From assembly GCA_046087245.1 (NCBI GenBank), contig JBJTZN010000091.1:2842-66841 (forward strand): DNA of 64,000 nt, written 5' to 3'. This DNA is from Rubrivivax sp. GTDB taxonomy: Bacteria > Pseudomonadota > Gammaproteobacteria > Burkholderiales > Burkholderiaceae_C. The stretch's first letter is position 1. Each line of letters opens with the position of its first letter. The notes beneath the pieces are model-generated. The model was given only the letters and a program-made list of their open reading frames with translations, was not told where the DNA came from and searched no databases. Position numbers and translations under genes: made by a program. Positions 42,503-53,849 of the stretch are shown piece after piece.

Positions 42503-44029
42503 TCAGAGCATGCGCACCTTCACGCTGCGGCCCTTGACCTTGCCGGCGTTCAGGCGGCGCAGCACCTCGGGGGCGATGGCCCGCTCCACCGCGATGTAGG
42601 TGGACCACTCGTTGATGCTGATCTTGCCGATCTGCGCGCCGGCGAAACCCATGTCCTTGGTCAGCGCGCCCAGCACGTCGCCGGCGCGGATCTTCTCCTT
42701 GCGCCCGCCCAGCATCTGCAGCGTCGCCATGGGGGGCAGCAGCGGCCCGGGGTCAGTACCGCCCGCCTGCCCGGTGAGTTCGGACAGCGGGTGCCACTCG
42801 ACTTCGGCCCCTTGGGCGACCTCGATGCGCCCCACGCGGCCCATCTCCTCCAGGCTCGCCAGGCTGAAGGCCCAGCCTGGGGCCGGCGCAGCGGGCTGCA
42901 GCGCGCTGCGTGCGCCTTCGTTGCCGGCGCTGGCTGGGGCTGCGGTCTCTTGCGGCGCTTGCAGGGCCATCCGCCCCACCCGCCCGATGCGGTGCGTGTG
43001 CACGGCCACCTCAGGCGAGATGTCCACGTTGATGACAGCTTCGAGCTGGCTGATGTCCAGGCCACGGGCGGCCAGGTCGGTGGCCACCAGCACGCTGCAA
43101 CTGCGCTGCGCGAACTGCACCAGCACCTGGTCGCGGTCGCGCTGGTCCAGGTCGCCGTGCAGTTCCAGCGCCACCAGCCCCTGCGCCTGCAGCACGGCCA
43201 CCAGGTCGCGGCACTGCTGCTTGGTGTTGCAGAAGGCCAGCGTGGACACCGGCCGGTAGTGGTTCAGCAGCAAGCCCACCGCATGCAGACGTTCCTGCTC
43301 CTGCACCTGGTAGAAGCGCTGGCGTATGGTCTGCGCCGCGTGGCGCTCGGACAGCTTCACGGTCTGCGGCTCGCGCATGTACTTGGCGCCCAGCGCCATC
43401 ACGCCTTCGGGGTAGGTGGCCGAGAACAGCAGGGTCTGGCGGCTCGGTGGGCAGGCGCGCACCACCTGGGCGATGTCCTCGGCAAAACCCATGTCCAGCA
43501 TGCGGTCGGCCTCGTCCAGCACCAGGGTGTTGAGCGCACCCAGCGTGAGCGTCTGGCGCGCCAGGTGATCCAGGATGCGCCCTGGCGTGCCCACCACGAC
43601 ATGGGCGCCATGCTCCAGGCTGGCGATCTGCGGGCGCATCGTCGCGCCGCCACACAGCGTCAGCACCTTGAGGGAGTCCTCGGCGCGCGCCAGGCGGCGG
43701 ATCTCCTGCGTCACCTGCTCGGCCAGTTCGCGCGTGGGACACAGCACCAGGGCCTGCACGGCAAAGCGCCGCGGGTTGAGCTTGGCCAGCAGCGGCAGCG
43801 CGTAGGCGGCGGTCTTGCCACTGCCCGTGCGGGCCTGGGCGATCAGGTCGCGCCCGGCCAGGGCCTGCGGCAAGGTGGCCGCCTGGATCGGCGTCATCTG
43901 CAGATAGCCCAGGCGCTGCAGATTGGCCTGGACATGCGGGGCCAGGGGCAGGCGCGCGAAGTCCAGCTCGCCTGGGGGTGGAGCGGGAACGCAGGGGTCG
44001 GTCAGGTCAGCGGTCAGTTCAGCGGTCAT
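42503..44029 (-). CDS. dbpA: DEAD-box ATP-dependent RNA helicase, DbpA-like
   Basis: ORF 42503..44029. Helicase motifs AQARTGSGKT, VLDEADRM, SAT and HRIGRVGR are present. The C-terminal DbpA-type RNA-binding domain reads IRAGDVLGALT...YIAVERAIA. Confidence 0.85.
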   Translation of the reverse strand: MTAELTADLTDPCVPAPPPGELDFARLPLAPHVQANLQRLGYLQMTPIQAATLPQALAGRDLIAQARTGSGKTAAYALPLLAKLNPRRFAVQALVLCPTRELAEQVTQEIRRLARAEDSLKVLTLCGGATMRPQIASLEHGAHVVVGTPGRILDHLARQTLTLGALNTLVLDEADRMLDMGFAEDIAQVVRACPPSRQTLLFSATYPEGVMALGAKYMREPQTVKLSERHAAQTIRQRFYQVQEQERLHAVGLLLNHYRPVSTLAFCNTKQQCRDLVAVLQAQGLVALELHGDLDQRDRDQVLVQFAQRSCSVLVATDLAARGLDISQLEAVINVDISPEVAVHTHRIGRVGRMALQAPQETAAPASAGNEGARSALQPAAPAPGWAFSLASLEEMGRVGRIEVAQGAEVEWHPLSELTGQAGGTDPGPLLPPMATLQMLGGRKEKIRAGDVLGALTKDMGFAGAQIGKISINEWSTYIAVERAIAPEVLRRLNAGKVKGRSVKVRML

Positions 44030-45588
44030 GTGGGATCGGATCGTTCAGAAGGGATGGCCAGCGCCTCGCGCAGCTTGTCCTTGCGGCTCTTGCGCCGGCC
44101 TTTGAGGCCGCCGTGTGGGTCCAGGCCCTTGCGTGGGGCGTTGGCGTCGTCGGGCCCGGCAGGGGCCGTGCGGCGCTGGGGGGACGCAGCGGAGCCGCCC
44201 ACGCCGGGGCCCGCCGCCACGCCAGTGGCGGCGGGCTCGAAGCCCGGCACCTGCGCGCGTGCCACCCGCTGACCCTGGCGCTTCTCGATCAGGCGGAAGT
44301 GGGCCTCCTGGGCGGGGTCGTCGGCGGCGATGAAGCTCACGGCCACGCCCGCCGCGCCCTGCCGGGCGGTGCGTCCCACCCGGTGGATGTGCGTGGCCGG
44401 CGAGCGTGCGAGTTCGTAGTTCACCACGGCGGGCAATTGCTCGATGTGCAGCCCCCGCGAGGCCATGTCGGTGGCCACCAGCACGCACACGGCACCACTG
44501 CGAAAGTCCGCCAGCGCACCCGTGCGCGCGCCTTGGCTCAATTCGCCATGCAGGGCCGCGGCGCGCAAGCCCGCCGCGTTGAGCTTGGCCGCCACATGCT
44601 CGGTGGCGTAGCGCGTGGCCACGAACACCAGCACCCGCGTCCAGCCTTCGGTGCGGATCAGGTGGCGCAGCAAGGACGTGCGCCGGGCCGTGTCGACCTG
44701 CAGGGCGCGCTGCACCAGCGTGGGGGGCAGGGTGGGCGCAGGCGCTGGCGTGGCCTCTGCGGTCGGGCGGCCCGTGCGGGCGCTGCTGGCGGCGAAGCTC
44801 GATGCCGTGGCCGCCCCCTGCGCTTGCGTGGGGGCGTCGGACGTTTCGGGCGCGGCGCGCACGGCGGTCTGCCTGGATGCTGAGCTGACGGGATGTTCAT
44901 CCGGGGCTGCCGGCACCACGTCGATCTCCACCGGGTCGTGCAGCAGGTCCTGTGCCAGCGCCATCACTTCGGGGCCGAAGGTGGCCGAGAACAGCCACTG
45001 CTGCCGGCGCCGTGGTAGCAGGCCCAGCACGCGGCCGAGCTCGTCGGCAAAGCCGTCTTCCAGCAGCCGGTCGGCCTCGTCCAGCACCAATGTTTCCAGG
45101 CGGTCCAGGCGCAGGCCGCTGTGGGCCTGCTCGGGCCCTCGGGCGCGACGCCGGGCCACCAGGTCCAGCAGCCGGCCGGGGGTGGCCACCACCACGTCAG
45201 CGCCCCCGCGCAGTGCCATCAACTGCGGGTTGACCGAGACCCCGCCGACCAGGGTGACCACCTTCACGCGCAGTGCCAAGGCCTGGGTGTAGGCGACGAA
45301 GGTGTCGGTCACCTGAAGCGCCAGCTCGCGCGAGGGCACCAGCACCAGCGCGCGTGCCGGGCGCGGCGTCTCGGGCTCGGTGTGCCGCAGCAGGCTCTGC
45401 AGCAGGGGCAGCACGTAGGCCAGCGTCTTGCCCGATCCCGTGACCGCCGCGCCGATGAGGTCGCGGCCCGCCAGCGCGGCGGGAATGGCCGCCGACTGGA
45501 TGGGCGTGGGCCGCAAGTGGCCGCGCTGGGCCAGGGTGCGCAGCAGGTCAGGGTGCAGCCCCAGAGAGGCGAAGGAGGCAGAGGACAT
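44026..45588 (-). CDS. DEAD-box ATP-dependent RNA helicase, RhlE-like, with basic C-terminal tail
   Basis: ATG 45588 in ORF 44026..45645 (MSSASFASLGLHPDLLRTL). Helicase motifs AAVTGSGKT, VLDEADRLL, FSATF and HRVGRTARQG are present. Its TGA overlaps the dbpA-like ATG (ATGA). Confidence 0.85.
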   Translation of the reverse strand: MSSASFASLGLHPDLLRTLAQRGHLRPTPIQSAAIPAALAGRDLIGAAVTGSGKTLAYVLPLLQSLLRHTEPETPRPARALVLVPSRELALQVTDTFVAYTQALALRVKVVTLVGGVSVNPQLMALRGGADVVVATPGRLLDLVARRRARGPEQAHSGLRLDRLETLVLDEADRLLEDGFADELGRVLGLLPRRRQQWLFSATFGPEVMALAQDLLHDPVEIDVVPAAPDEHPVSSASRQTAVRAAPETSDAPTQAQGAATASSFAASSARTGRPTAEATPAPAPTLPPTLVQRALQVDTARRTSLLRHLIRTEGWTRVLVFVATRYATEHVAAKLNAAGLRAAALHGELSQGARTGALADFRSGAVCVLVATDMASRGLHIEQLPAVVNYELARSPATHIHRVGRTARQGAAGVAVSFIAADDPAQEAHFRLIEKRQGQRVARAQVPGFEPAATGVAAGPGVGGSAASPQRRTAPAGPDDANAPRKGLDPHGGLKGRRKSRKDKLREALAIPSERSDPT

Positions 45589-45737
45589 GGGGGATTGTGG
45601 CCGGGGCGTGTCCTCGCCCTGCAGCGCTGTCACGCCGACGGCCACACGCGGTCTGAAACCTCTGACTCTGCCCGAGCCTCAGCCGGCGGGCCTTCTGGGA
45701 AACGCAGGAGCGTTCTGCGGTGGCGGGCAACTCAACT

Positions 45738-45897
45738 CACAAGAAAACGCAGGGTCGCTCCCAGGTTTTCCAGCGCCCCCGCGGGGGGCCGGGCACCGCC
45801 CGGCCCTTGGGGGCGCACAAGAAAACGCCGGGCCGCTCCCAAGTTTTCTGGCGCCCCCGCGGGGGCCGGGCCGGGCACCGCCCGGCCCTTGGGGGCT
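45738..45897. repeat. two tandem copies (78 and 82 bp) of a palindrome-rich intergenic repeat
   Basis: Copy 1 is 45738-45815 and copy 2 is 45816-45897, both starting cacaagaaaacgc. Each contains gaaaac...gttttc arms, the palindrome cccccgcggggg and the hairpin gggccgggc-acc-gcccggccc. The copies differ by a few substitutions and one 5-nt insertion. Confidence 0.85.
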
Positions 45898-45982
45898 CAC
45901 CAATGGCCAGATTCAGCTCTGGCAGCACTGGCTTCGCTTCGTGACGACGTGGAGCTCGGGTGCGCTCATGGCCGGCTCTTCT

Positions 45983-47341
45983 CTAACGATCCGTCACACC
46001 ACCCACCCAGGTCTGGGCGAAGGCGGGCACGTCTGTGGCAAAGACGAGCGCATCCAGCAGGTTTTCGCGCGGCACACCGGCCAGCGCGTCGACCGTGGTG
46101 TCCATCACTAGGAAGTCCGCAGGCGCTCCGGGGACGAGGCCCACCTTCCGCCTGCCTGCGGCTGCGGCGCCGCCTTGCAGCAGAGCCTGGAACAGGCGCT
46201 GGGCTGTGGAAGGCTCGCCCGATTCGGGGGCGGCGGCGACATTGCGCCGCCGGTGCAGCAGCCGCTGGCCGTACTCCAGCAACTGCAACTCGCGCGGCCA
46301 CTGGCGGCTGACGTGGCTGTCGGAGCCGACGGACAGCGGCACGCCTGCGGCCAGCCATCGGGGCAGGTCGAACAGGCCGTCGCCCAGGTTGGCCTCGGTG
46401 GTGGGGCAGACCACGACCCCGGCCCCCGTGCGGGCCACGGCTTCGATCTCGGCGGCCGTGGCGTGCGTGGCGTGCACCAGGTGCCAGCGGGCGTCCAGCC
46501 GCACGTTCGCGCACAGCCATTCGATGGGGCGCCGGCCGGTGGCGGCCAGGCATTCCTCGACCTCGCGCGTCTGCTCGGCGATGTGCACATGCACTGGCCC
46601 GGGATCGTCGGCGCAGCGCCGGGCCAGCTCCGCGATGGACTCGGCCCGCGCGGCGCGCAGCGAGTGGACGGCCACACCCGCCTCCACGCCGGGCAGGCGC
46701 CAGGCGCGGACCTCGTCGCGCAGGGCGATCACCTCGTCCACCGTGGTGGCAAAGCGGCGCTGGTCGGCACGCAACTGGGGCTGCGTGAAGCCCGCCCGCT
46801 CGTACAGCACGGGCAGCAGGGTCAGGCCGATGCCCACCTGTTGCGCGGCCTGGGCCAGCGCGCGCGCCATGGCGCAGCGCTCGGGGTAGGGCTGGCCGTC
46901 CGGGGCGTGGTGCAGGTAGTGGAACTCGCAGACGTGGGTGTAGCCGCCGGCGCGCAGCTCGCGGTAGAGCGTGGTGGCCACGGCCTGCAGTTCGTCCGGC
47001 GTGATGCGCAGCGCCACACCGTACATGCGGTCGCGCCAGCTCCAGAAATCGTCGTGTGTGCCTTCGCGACGTTCGGCCAGGCCGGCGAAGGCGCGCTGGA
47101 AGGCGTGGCTGTGGGCATTGACCAGGCCGGGCAGCACGGGGCCGGGCAGGCGCTGCGCGTCGGCTGGCGGCGTCGTGACGCCCGGTGTGACCGCGTCCCA
47201 GCTGCCGTCAGGGGTAGTCTCCAGCAGCACCTCGGCCTGCCAGTGGCCCGCCACCCAGGCGTGGGGGGCGTGCAGTCGCTGCGGGGCGTGGCTGCCGGGG
47301 GCTGTCGCGCTTTGGAGTGGGGTGTGCATCACGCTCGTCAT
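45983..47341 (-). CDS. hutF: formimidoylglutamate deiminase
   Basis: ATG 47341 in ORF 45983..47665 overlaps the hutG stop (ATGA). It is an amidohydrolase with LVNAHSHAFQRAFAGLAE. Confidence 0.85.
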   Translation of the reverse strand: MTSVMHTPLQSATAPGSHAPQRLHAPHAWVAGHWQAEVLLETTPDGSWDAVTPGVTTPPADAQRLPGPVLPGLVNAHSHAFQRAFAGLAERREGTHDDFWSWRDRMYGVALRITPDELQAVATTLYRELRAGGYTHVCEFHYLHHAPDGQPYPERCAMARALAQAAQQVGIGLTLLPVLYERAGFTQPQLRADQRRFATTVDEVIALRDEVRAWRLPGVEAGVAVHSLRAARAESIAELARRCADDPGPVHVHIAEQTREVEECLAATGRRPIEWLCANVRLDARWHLVHATHATAAEIEAVARTGAGVVVCPTTEANLGDGLFDLPRWLAAGVPLSVGSDSHVSRQWPRELQLLEYGQRLLHRRRNVAAAPESGEPSTAQRLFQALLQGGAAAAGRRKVGLVPGAPADFLVMDTTVDALAGVPRENLLDALVFATDVPAFAQTWVGGVTDR

Positions 47342-48126
47342 GCCGGCCGCCAGTCGATCATCACCTGCACCAGCTCGCGCAGCAGCGGCGTGATGGCCGC
47401 GGCCTTCGCCTCGTGCCAGGCGTAGGGCGGGTGCTCGTCCATGTAGGCGCGCCAGGCCATCTCCAGTTGCACGGCGTGGACGCCGCCTTCCGGCCGTCCG
47501 AAGTGGCGGGTGATGTGCCCGCCCTTGAAACGACCATCCAGCACATGGCTGTAGGCGGTCTGCCGCTGGCAGACAGCGTAGACCGCCGCGCGCAGCGACA
47601 GGGCGCAACTGCGGCCCTCCACCGTGCCCAGGTTCAGGTCGGGCAGCGCGCCCTCGAACAGCCAAGGCAGCTCGCCCTTGATGCTGTGTGCGTCGAACAG
47701 CACAGCGTGGCCGTGCAGGACATGGAGGAGACGCAGTTCCTCGGCCAGGGTGTCGTGGTAGGGCTGCCAGTGCGTGGCGATGCGCTCACGCACTTCAGCC
47801 TCGTCAGGGGCGCAGCCTTCGCGGTAGATCGCGTCGCCCGTGAAGAAACGCGTGGGGCACAACTCGGTGTTGTTGCGGCCCGGGTACATGGGCTGGTTGT
47901 CGCTGCCCCGGTTCAGGTCGATGACGATACGGCTTTCCACGGGCACGATGAGGCTGGCGCCCAGGTCTTTCGCAAAGGCGTAAAGGCGTTCCAGGTGCCA
48001 GTCCGTGTCCTCCACCTGCAGCGCGCGCTCCACCAACCGCGGCTTCAGGTCCTCGGGCAGGTGGGTGCCCACGTGCGGCAGACTGATGAGCAGCGGCGTG
48101 TGGCCGCGGTGCAGGGTGAAGCTCAT
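47338..48126 (-). CDS. hutG: N-formylglutamate deformylase (amidohydrolase)
   Basis: ATG 48126 in ORF 47338..48216 overlaps the hutI stop (ATGA). It reads [26 protein letters not shown]. Confidence 0.88.
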   Translation of the reverse strand: MSFTLHRGHTPLLISLPHVGTHLPEDLKPRLVERALQVEDTDWHLERLYAFAKDLGASLIVPVESRIVIDLNRGSDNQPMYPGRNNTELCPTRFFTGDAIYREGCAPDEAEVRERIATHWQPYHDTLAEELRLLHVLHGHAVLFDAHSIKGELPWLFEGALPDLNLGTVEGRSCALSLRAAVYAVCQRQTAYSHVLDGRFKGGHITRHFGRPEGGVHAVQLEMAWRAYMDEHPPYAWHEAKAAAITPLLRELVQVMIDWRPA

Positions 48127-49355
48127 GCAAGCCTTTCGATGCCGCCGAACACGGCACGGCGGCAGGGGTTGTGGCCGAAGCGGTAGGCCATTTCGCGCGG
48201 ATGCTCGGCATTCCACAGGGCCAGGTCAGCCCGCTGGCCCACGGCCAGGGTGCCCCGGTCGCGCAGGCCCAGGGCCCGCGCGGCGTTCAACGTGACGCCA
48301 CGCCAGGCCTCCTCAGGCGTCAGGCGGAAAAGGGTGCAGGCCATGTTCAGCATCAGCAGCAGTGACAGCGCGGGCGAGGAGCCGGGGTTGTGGTCGGTGG
48401 CGATGGCCATCGGCACGCCCGCTTCGCGCAGCGCGGCCACGGGCGGGAGTTTCGTCTCGCGCAGGAAGTAGTAGGCCCCGGGGAGCAGCACGGCCACGGT
48501 GCCGGCCTGCCGCATCGCCGCAATGCCGGCGGGCGACAGGTGCTCCAGGTGGTCGCAGCTCAGCGCCTCGTACTGCGCGGCCAATGCGGCGCCTTCCTGG
48601 TTGCTCAGCTGCTCGGCGTGCAGCTTCACGGGCAGGCCCAGTGCGCGCGCCGCGTCGAACACGCGCCGGGTCTGCGCCGGCGTGAAACCGATGGTGTCGC
48701 AGAACACATCCACGGCATCCACCAGGCCGGCGGCGTGCTGGCCGGGCAGCCAGGCGCAGACGGCGTCGATGTAGTCATCTGCCCGGCCGGCGAACTCCGG
48801 CGGCAGCGCGTGCGCGCCCAGCGAGGTGGTGCGCACCGTCAGCGGCAGCTCACGCCCCAGGCGCCGTGCCACCGCCAGGCAGCGCGCTTCCGTGCTCTCG
48901 TCCAGGCCGTAGCCGGACTTGATCTCCAGCGTGGTCACGCCTTCGGCCATCAGCGCTCGGGCGCGTGGCACGGCCAGCGCGAACAAGACCTCGTCGCGGG
49001 CCGCGCGCGTGGCCGCGACGGTGGAGCGGATGCCGCCACCGGCGCGGGCAATCTCCTCGTAGGTGGCGCCTTGCAGGCGCAACTCGAACTCTGCTGCGCG
49101 GTCGCCGCCGTAGACGAGGTGGGTGTGGGCGTCGATCAGCCCGGGCGTGAGCAGCGCGCCTTGCAGATCGTGCTCTTGCGTGTGATGGCCCGTCAGGTGG
49201 GCGAGGGCGCTGGGCAGTTGCGCATCCGGCCCCAGCCAGGCGATGCGGTCGCCTTCCGTCAGCAGGGCGCCGTCCTCGACCAGGCCCCAGCCCGAGGCCG
49301 TTGCCAGCGTGGCCAGGCGGGCGTGGCGCCAGAGGGTGGGCCTGCGGTTCGTCAT
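48123..49355 (-). CDS. hutI: imidazolonepropionase
   Basis: ATG 49355 in ORF 48123..49397 overlaps the hutD stop (ATGA). It has [12 protein letters not shown] and an amidohydrolase core. Confidence 0.93.
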   Translation of the reverse strand: MTNRRPTLWRHARLATLATASGWGLVEDGALLTEGDRIAWLGPDAQLPSALAHLTGHHTQEHDLQGALLTPGLIDAHTHLVYGGDRAAEFELRLQGATYEEIARAGGGIRSTVAATRAARDEVLFALAVPRARALMAEGVTTLEIKSGYGLDESTEARCLAVARRLGRELPLTVRTTSLGAHALPPEFAGRADDYIDAVCAWLPGQHAAGLVDAVDVFCDTIGFTPAQTRRVFDAARALGLPVKLHAEQLSNQEGAALAAQYEALSCDHLEHLSPAGIAAMRQAGTVAVLLPGAYYFLRETKLPPVAALREAGVPMAIATDHNPGSSPALSLLLMLNMACTLFRLTPEEAWRGVTLNAARALGLRDRGTLAVGQRADLALWNAEHPREMAYRFGHNPCRRAVFGGIERLA

Positions 49356-50131
49356 GTGGGTTCTGCTTTCGGGTCGGTGGCCTGCAGACCCAGCCACCAG
49401 GCCTGGCGGCCCTCGACCAGGCGCCAGGGCGCCATCAGGCCAGCTTCAGGCGGGTGACCAGACCCGGCGTCAGACCACAGCAGCGTGCCGGGCTGCAGTT
49501 CGAGGCGGCCGCCGGGCGTGTCCACGCAAGCGGGACCATGTGTGTACAGGCCCTGCCACGCCCAGCCTTCTCCCTTCATCTGCGAGCCCAGGACTGGCGG
49601 GTGGAGGCGCTGCGCATCAGACGCTAGCTGAAGAGGTACGGGGGGCGGCCACGACTGCCCCGCCGCGGCTCGCTGCATCCAGGCCCGCCCGGCGCTGTGC
49701 CGCGCCATCAGGTTGAGGTCGAGCGTGGGCCCGTGGATCAGGCGGCAGCCGGGCGCCTGCGCGCCGTCAAACGCCAGCGGCTCGCTGGCGGGCGTCAAGT
49801 GCAGGTCCTTGCCGCGCAGCGTGAGCACCACCCCGTTGCCTTCCAGTACCGCAAAGCAGCGGTCGATGCCGGGGAAGGCGGAGAACGGCCCGTCCTGCGT
49901 GATGTCGGCCACGCTCACCCGTACGGCCCAATCGGCGGATGGGGTCTGGGGGCCTGCGGGCGTGTCAGCAAGGCGCGGCGTCGCCCAGGCCAGCAGCTCG
50001 CGCGTGACCCCGCGACCGTTGCGCCAGGGCTGGGCTGGCGCGTCGCGCAGGCGCGCGAGCTGCACGGGTTGAACCGCGTACAGAGCCTGGCTCGATGGCT
50101 TTGCTGCCGTGATGCCGCGCATCGTATTCAT
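49352..50131 (-). CDS. hutD: HutD-family protein
   Basis: ORF 49352..50140 with the motif [16 protein letters not shown] 50131 has GAGGG 8 nt upstream. ATG 50140 is also possible. Confidence 0.7.
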   Translation of the reverse strand: MNTMRGITAAKPSSQALYAVQPVQLARLRDAPAQPWRNGRGVTRELLAWATPRLADTPAGPQTPSADWAVRVSVADITQDGPFSAFPGIDRCFAVLEGNGVVLTLRGKDLHLTPASEPLAFDGAQAPGCRLIHGPTLDLNLMARHSAGRAWMQRAAAGQSWPPPVPLQLASDAQRLHPPVLGSQMKGEGWAWQGLYTHGPACVDTPGGRLELQPGTLLWSDAGSGHPPEAGLMAPWRLVEGRQAWWLGLQATDPKAEPT

Positions 50132-50174
50132 CGCCCACATCCCTCGAAAGGGCGGTACGCCGGACCGTGCCGAT

Positions 50175-51098
50175 TCACACAGCCTCCTGCCACAGCAACG
50201 GGAACAGCGGGTGCTCCATCGGCGCGCCTGCGGGCAGCACCTCGGCCAGGCCGGGGAACTCGGGCGAGGTCACCCAGGGCCGAGGGGCATGGCGCATGTC
50301 GTCGCCCAGGAACCTGACCGAGAACACGCGCCGGCGCCGGCCTGCCTCCACGCCCCCCGTGGCGTGCAGGGTCAGCATGTGGAAGGCCACCGCATCGCCC
50401 GGATTCAGGGCCCAGCCCAGGATGCGGTGCGTCGATGGGTCGGCCCGCCGGCCGGCCTCGATGTCGGGCAGGTCTGCCAGCGTGCCTTCGGGAAACCAGC
50501 GTGCCTCGTTCGTCATGAAGCTGCGCGGCATGAGCCAGGGGCCGCGGTGCGTGCCGGCAGCGAACTCCAGCGTGGCCGCGCGACTCACCGGGTCCACGGG
50601 GATCCAGAAGCTGACGTTCTGCGCGCCGTCCACGTTGTAGTAAGGCTGGTCCTGGTGCCAGGGCGTGGGCTGGCGCGTGCCCGGCTCCTTGGTCAGCATG
50701 TGGTCGTGGTGCAGGCGGGCGGTGTGGCTTTGCATCAGCCGGCTGGCCACGGCCGCCAGCGCGGAGCCGAAAATGAACTGGCGGTAGGCACTGTTGTGCT
50801 GCCAGTTGCAGAAGTCCTCGATGAAGAAGCCGGGGTCTTCGGGCCGGCTGGCCACTTTGGCGCGGGGGCTGGGCCAGGCCAGGTTCATGTCGATGCCCTC
50901 GCGCAGCAGCGCCACCTCGGCTGGCGTCAGCAGCCCGCGCAGCACCACGGCGCCGTCGGCGGCGAAGGCTTGCACCGAGGCCTCGTCCGCGATGGACAGG
51001 GCGCGCGCGGCAAGGCCTGGGGGCTGGTGGACGCGCAGTGCTTCGACGGGCCGGGTGTCTGCGGGCTTGAGTTGCGGGGACCGCGGAGCCAAGTTCAT
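50175..51098 (-). CDS. PhyH-family Fe(II)/2-oxoglutarate-dependent dioxygenase
   Basis: ATG 51098 in ORF 50175..51734 overlaps the hutC stop (ATGA). It carries the HxD...H triad candidates PWHQDQPYY and AFHMLTLHAT (307 aa). Confidence 0.8.
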   Translation of the reverse strand: MNLAPRSPQLKPADTRPVEALRVHQPPGLAARALSIADEASVQAFAADGAVVLRGLLTPAEVALLREGIDMNLAWPSPRAKVASRPEDPGFFIEDFCNWQHNSAYRQFIFGSALAAVASRLMQSHTARLHHDHMLTKEPGTRQPTPWHQDQPYYNVDGAQNVSFWIPVDPVSRAATLEFAAGTHRGPWLMPRSFMTNEARWFPEGTLADLPDIEAGRRADPSTHRILGWALNPGDAVAFHMLTLHATGGVEAGRRRRVFSVRFLGDDMRHAPRPWVTSPEFPGLAEVLPAGAPMEHPLFPLLWQEAV

Positions 51099-51832
51099 GG
51101 CGTGAATTCTCCCGAAAGCCGGTAGCGCGAACCGGGGTGCACCAGCCGGGCGATCGTGATGGCCGCATCTCGGGTGAAGGTGCGCCGCACCACCACCAGG
51201 CAGGGTTCGTCTGGCGCAATGCCCAGCAGCCGGGCCTCCTGGGCCGTGGCACGGGCTGACTCGATGGCGTACTGCGCGCGCCACAGGGCGGTTTGTTCGA
51301 ACAGGTAGCGCGTGGGCGTGGTCTGTGTGAAGTCCGCCCGCAGGTAGCCGGGGGCGCAGCCCGGATTGACGAAGCGGTCTTCGCACTGCAGCGGCAGGCC
51401 GTTTTCCTGGTGCACGATCAAGGTGTGGAAGACCTCCGCGCCCACCGCCACCCCCAACTGCGCTGCCAAGGGCTCGGGGGCCCGCTCGCTGCGCTGCAGA
51501 TGCACCACGGCGTGGTGCAAGTGCCCGCGGGCCTGGATCTCTTCCTGAAGATCGCGGATGGTGAGCGTGCTGGACACGGGGTGCAGCGGAGCGGCAAAAG
51601 TGCCCACCCCCTGCGAGCGCTGCACCAGGCCCTCGGCCTGCAACTCGCGCAACGCGCGGTTGACCGTCATGCGGCTGACGCCGAACAAGGCCACCAGCTC
51701 GGCCTCTGACGGCATCAAGGCGCCGGGGGGCCATCGGCCGGCGGCCAAGCTGTCCTTGAGGTGCTGCTTGATGCGGGCAAAGGGGGCGGTGGACGGCGCC
51801 GAGCCCGGTGCGGTGGTCTTGGTGGAAACCAT
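51095..51832 (-). CDS. hutC: histidine utilisation repressor (GntR/HutC family)
   Basis: ORF 51095..51832. It has the HTH PSEAELVALFGVSRMTVNRALRELQAEGLV and a UTRA-like C-terminal domain. Confidence 0.88.
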   Translation of the reverse strand: MVSTKTTAPGSAPSTAPFARIKQHLKDSLAAGRWPPGALMPSEAELVALFGVSRMTVNRALRELQAEGLVQRSQGVGTFAAPLHPVSSTLTIRDLQEEIQARGHLHHAVVHLQRSERAPEPLAAQLGVAVGAEVFHTLIVHQENGLPLQCEDRFVNPGCAPGYLRADFTQTTPTRYLFEQTALWRAQYAIESARATAQEARLLGIAPDEPCLVVVRRTFTRDAAITIARLVHPGSRYRLSGEFTP

Positions 51833-51855
51833 AGGTTCATGCTACTTGCCTAGGC

Positions 51856-51865
51856 CTGTCTAGAC
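51856..51865. promoter_or_regulatory. candidate HutC operator in the hutC / hutU divergent region
   Basis: This is the perfect 10-bp palindrome tgtctagaca. It fits the GT-n-TA-n-AC core known for HutC-subfamily GntR operators. It lies 24 nt from the hutC ATG and about 90 nt from the hutU ATG. Confidence 0.55.
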
Positions 51866-51956
51866 AACTAGAGTGCAACCCTAGTGGGCGCTGCCTTGGA
51901 TGACAGGGTGGACGCCTCTGCCAGCCTGCACCCTGCCTCCCGCCCAGGAGTCCGCC

Positions 51957-53663
<1,707 letters not shown>

Positions 53664-53687
53664 TCGTGCCGGGGCTGTGTTTCGCGG

Positions 53688-53792
53688 GCACGGGCGGCTG
53701 GGGCGCAGTGCTCCGCTCATGTCCCCCGCGACGGGCTGAAGCCCGTCGCTCCTCCTTTACTTCGCTGCGCACTGCGCCCCAACCGCCCGTGC
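53688..53792. repeat. hairpin repeat module 1 (23-bp outer stem A/A' enclosing 59-nt core B)
   Basis: A is 53688-53710 (gcacgggcggctggggcgcagtg). It pairs with A' at 53770-53792 (cactgcgccccaaccgcccgtgc) with one C:A mismatch. Core B at 53711-53769 contains the hairpin gcgacgggc-tgaa-gcccgtcgc. Confidence 0.85.
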
Positions 53793-53849
53793 TGGTAAGC
53801 ATTACGGTCCTCGTGGAGTTGTGGTCGAAGCGTTCTGTCGGGCCGGCAG

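Noticed and set aside
45679-45944. Three small ORFs across the tandem repeat (45679..45903 -, 45720..45944 +, 45737..45928 -), and the possibility of a CRISPR array
   Set aside because: The ORFs simply mirror the duplicated palindromic DNA (repeated PRGG.. peptides). There are only two directly adjacent copies with no spacers and no cas genes, so this is not a CRISPR array.
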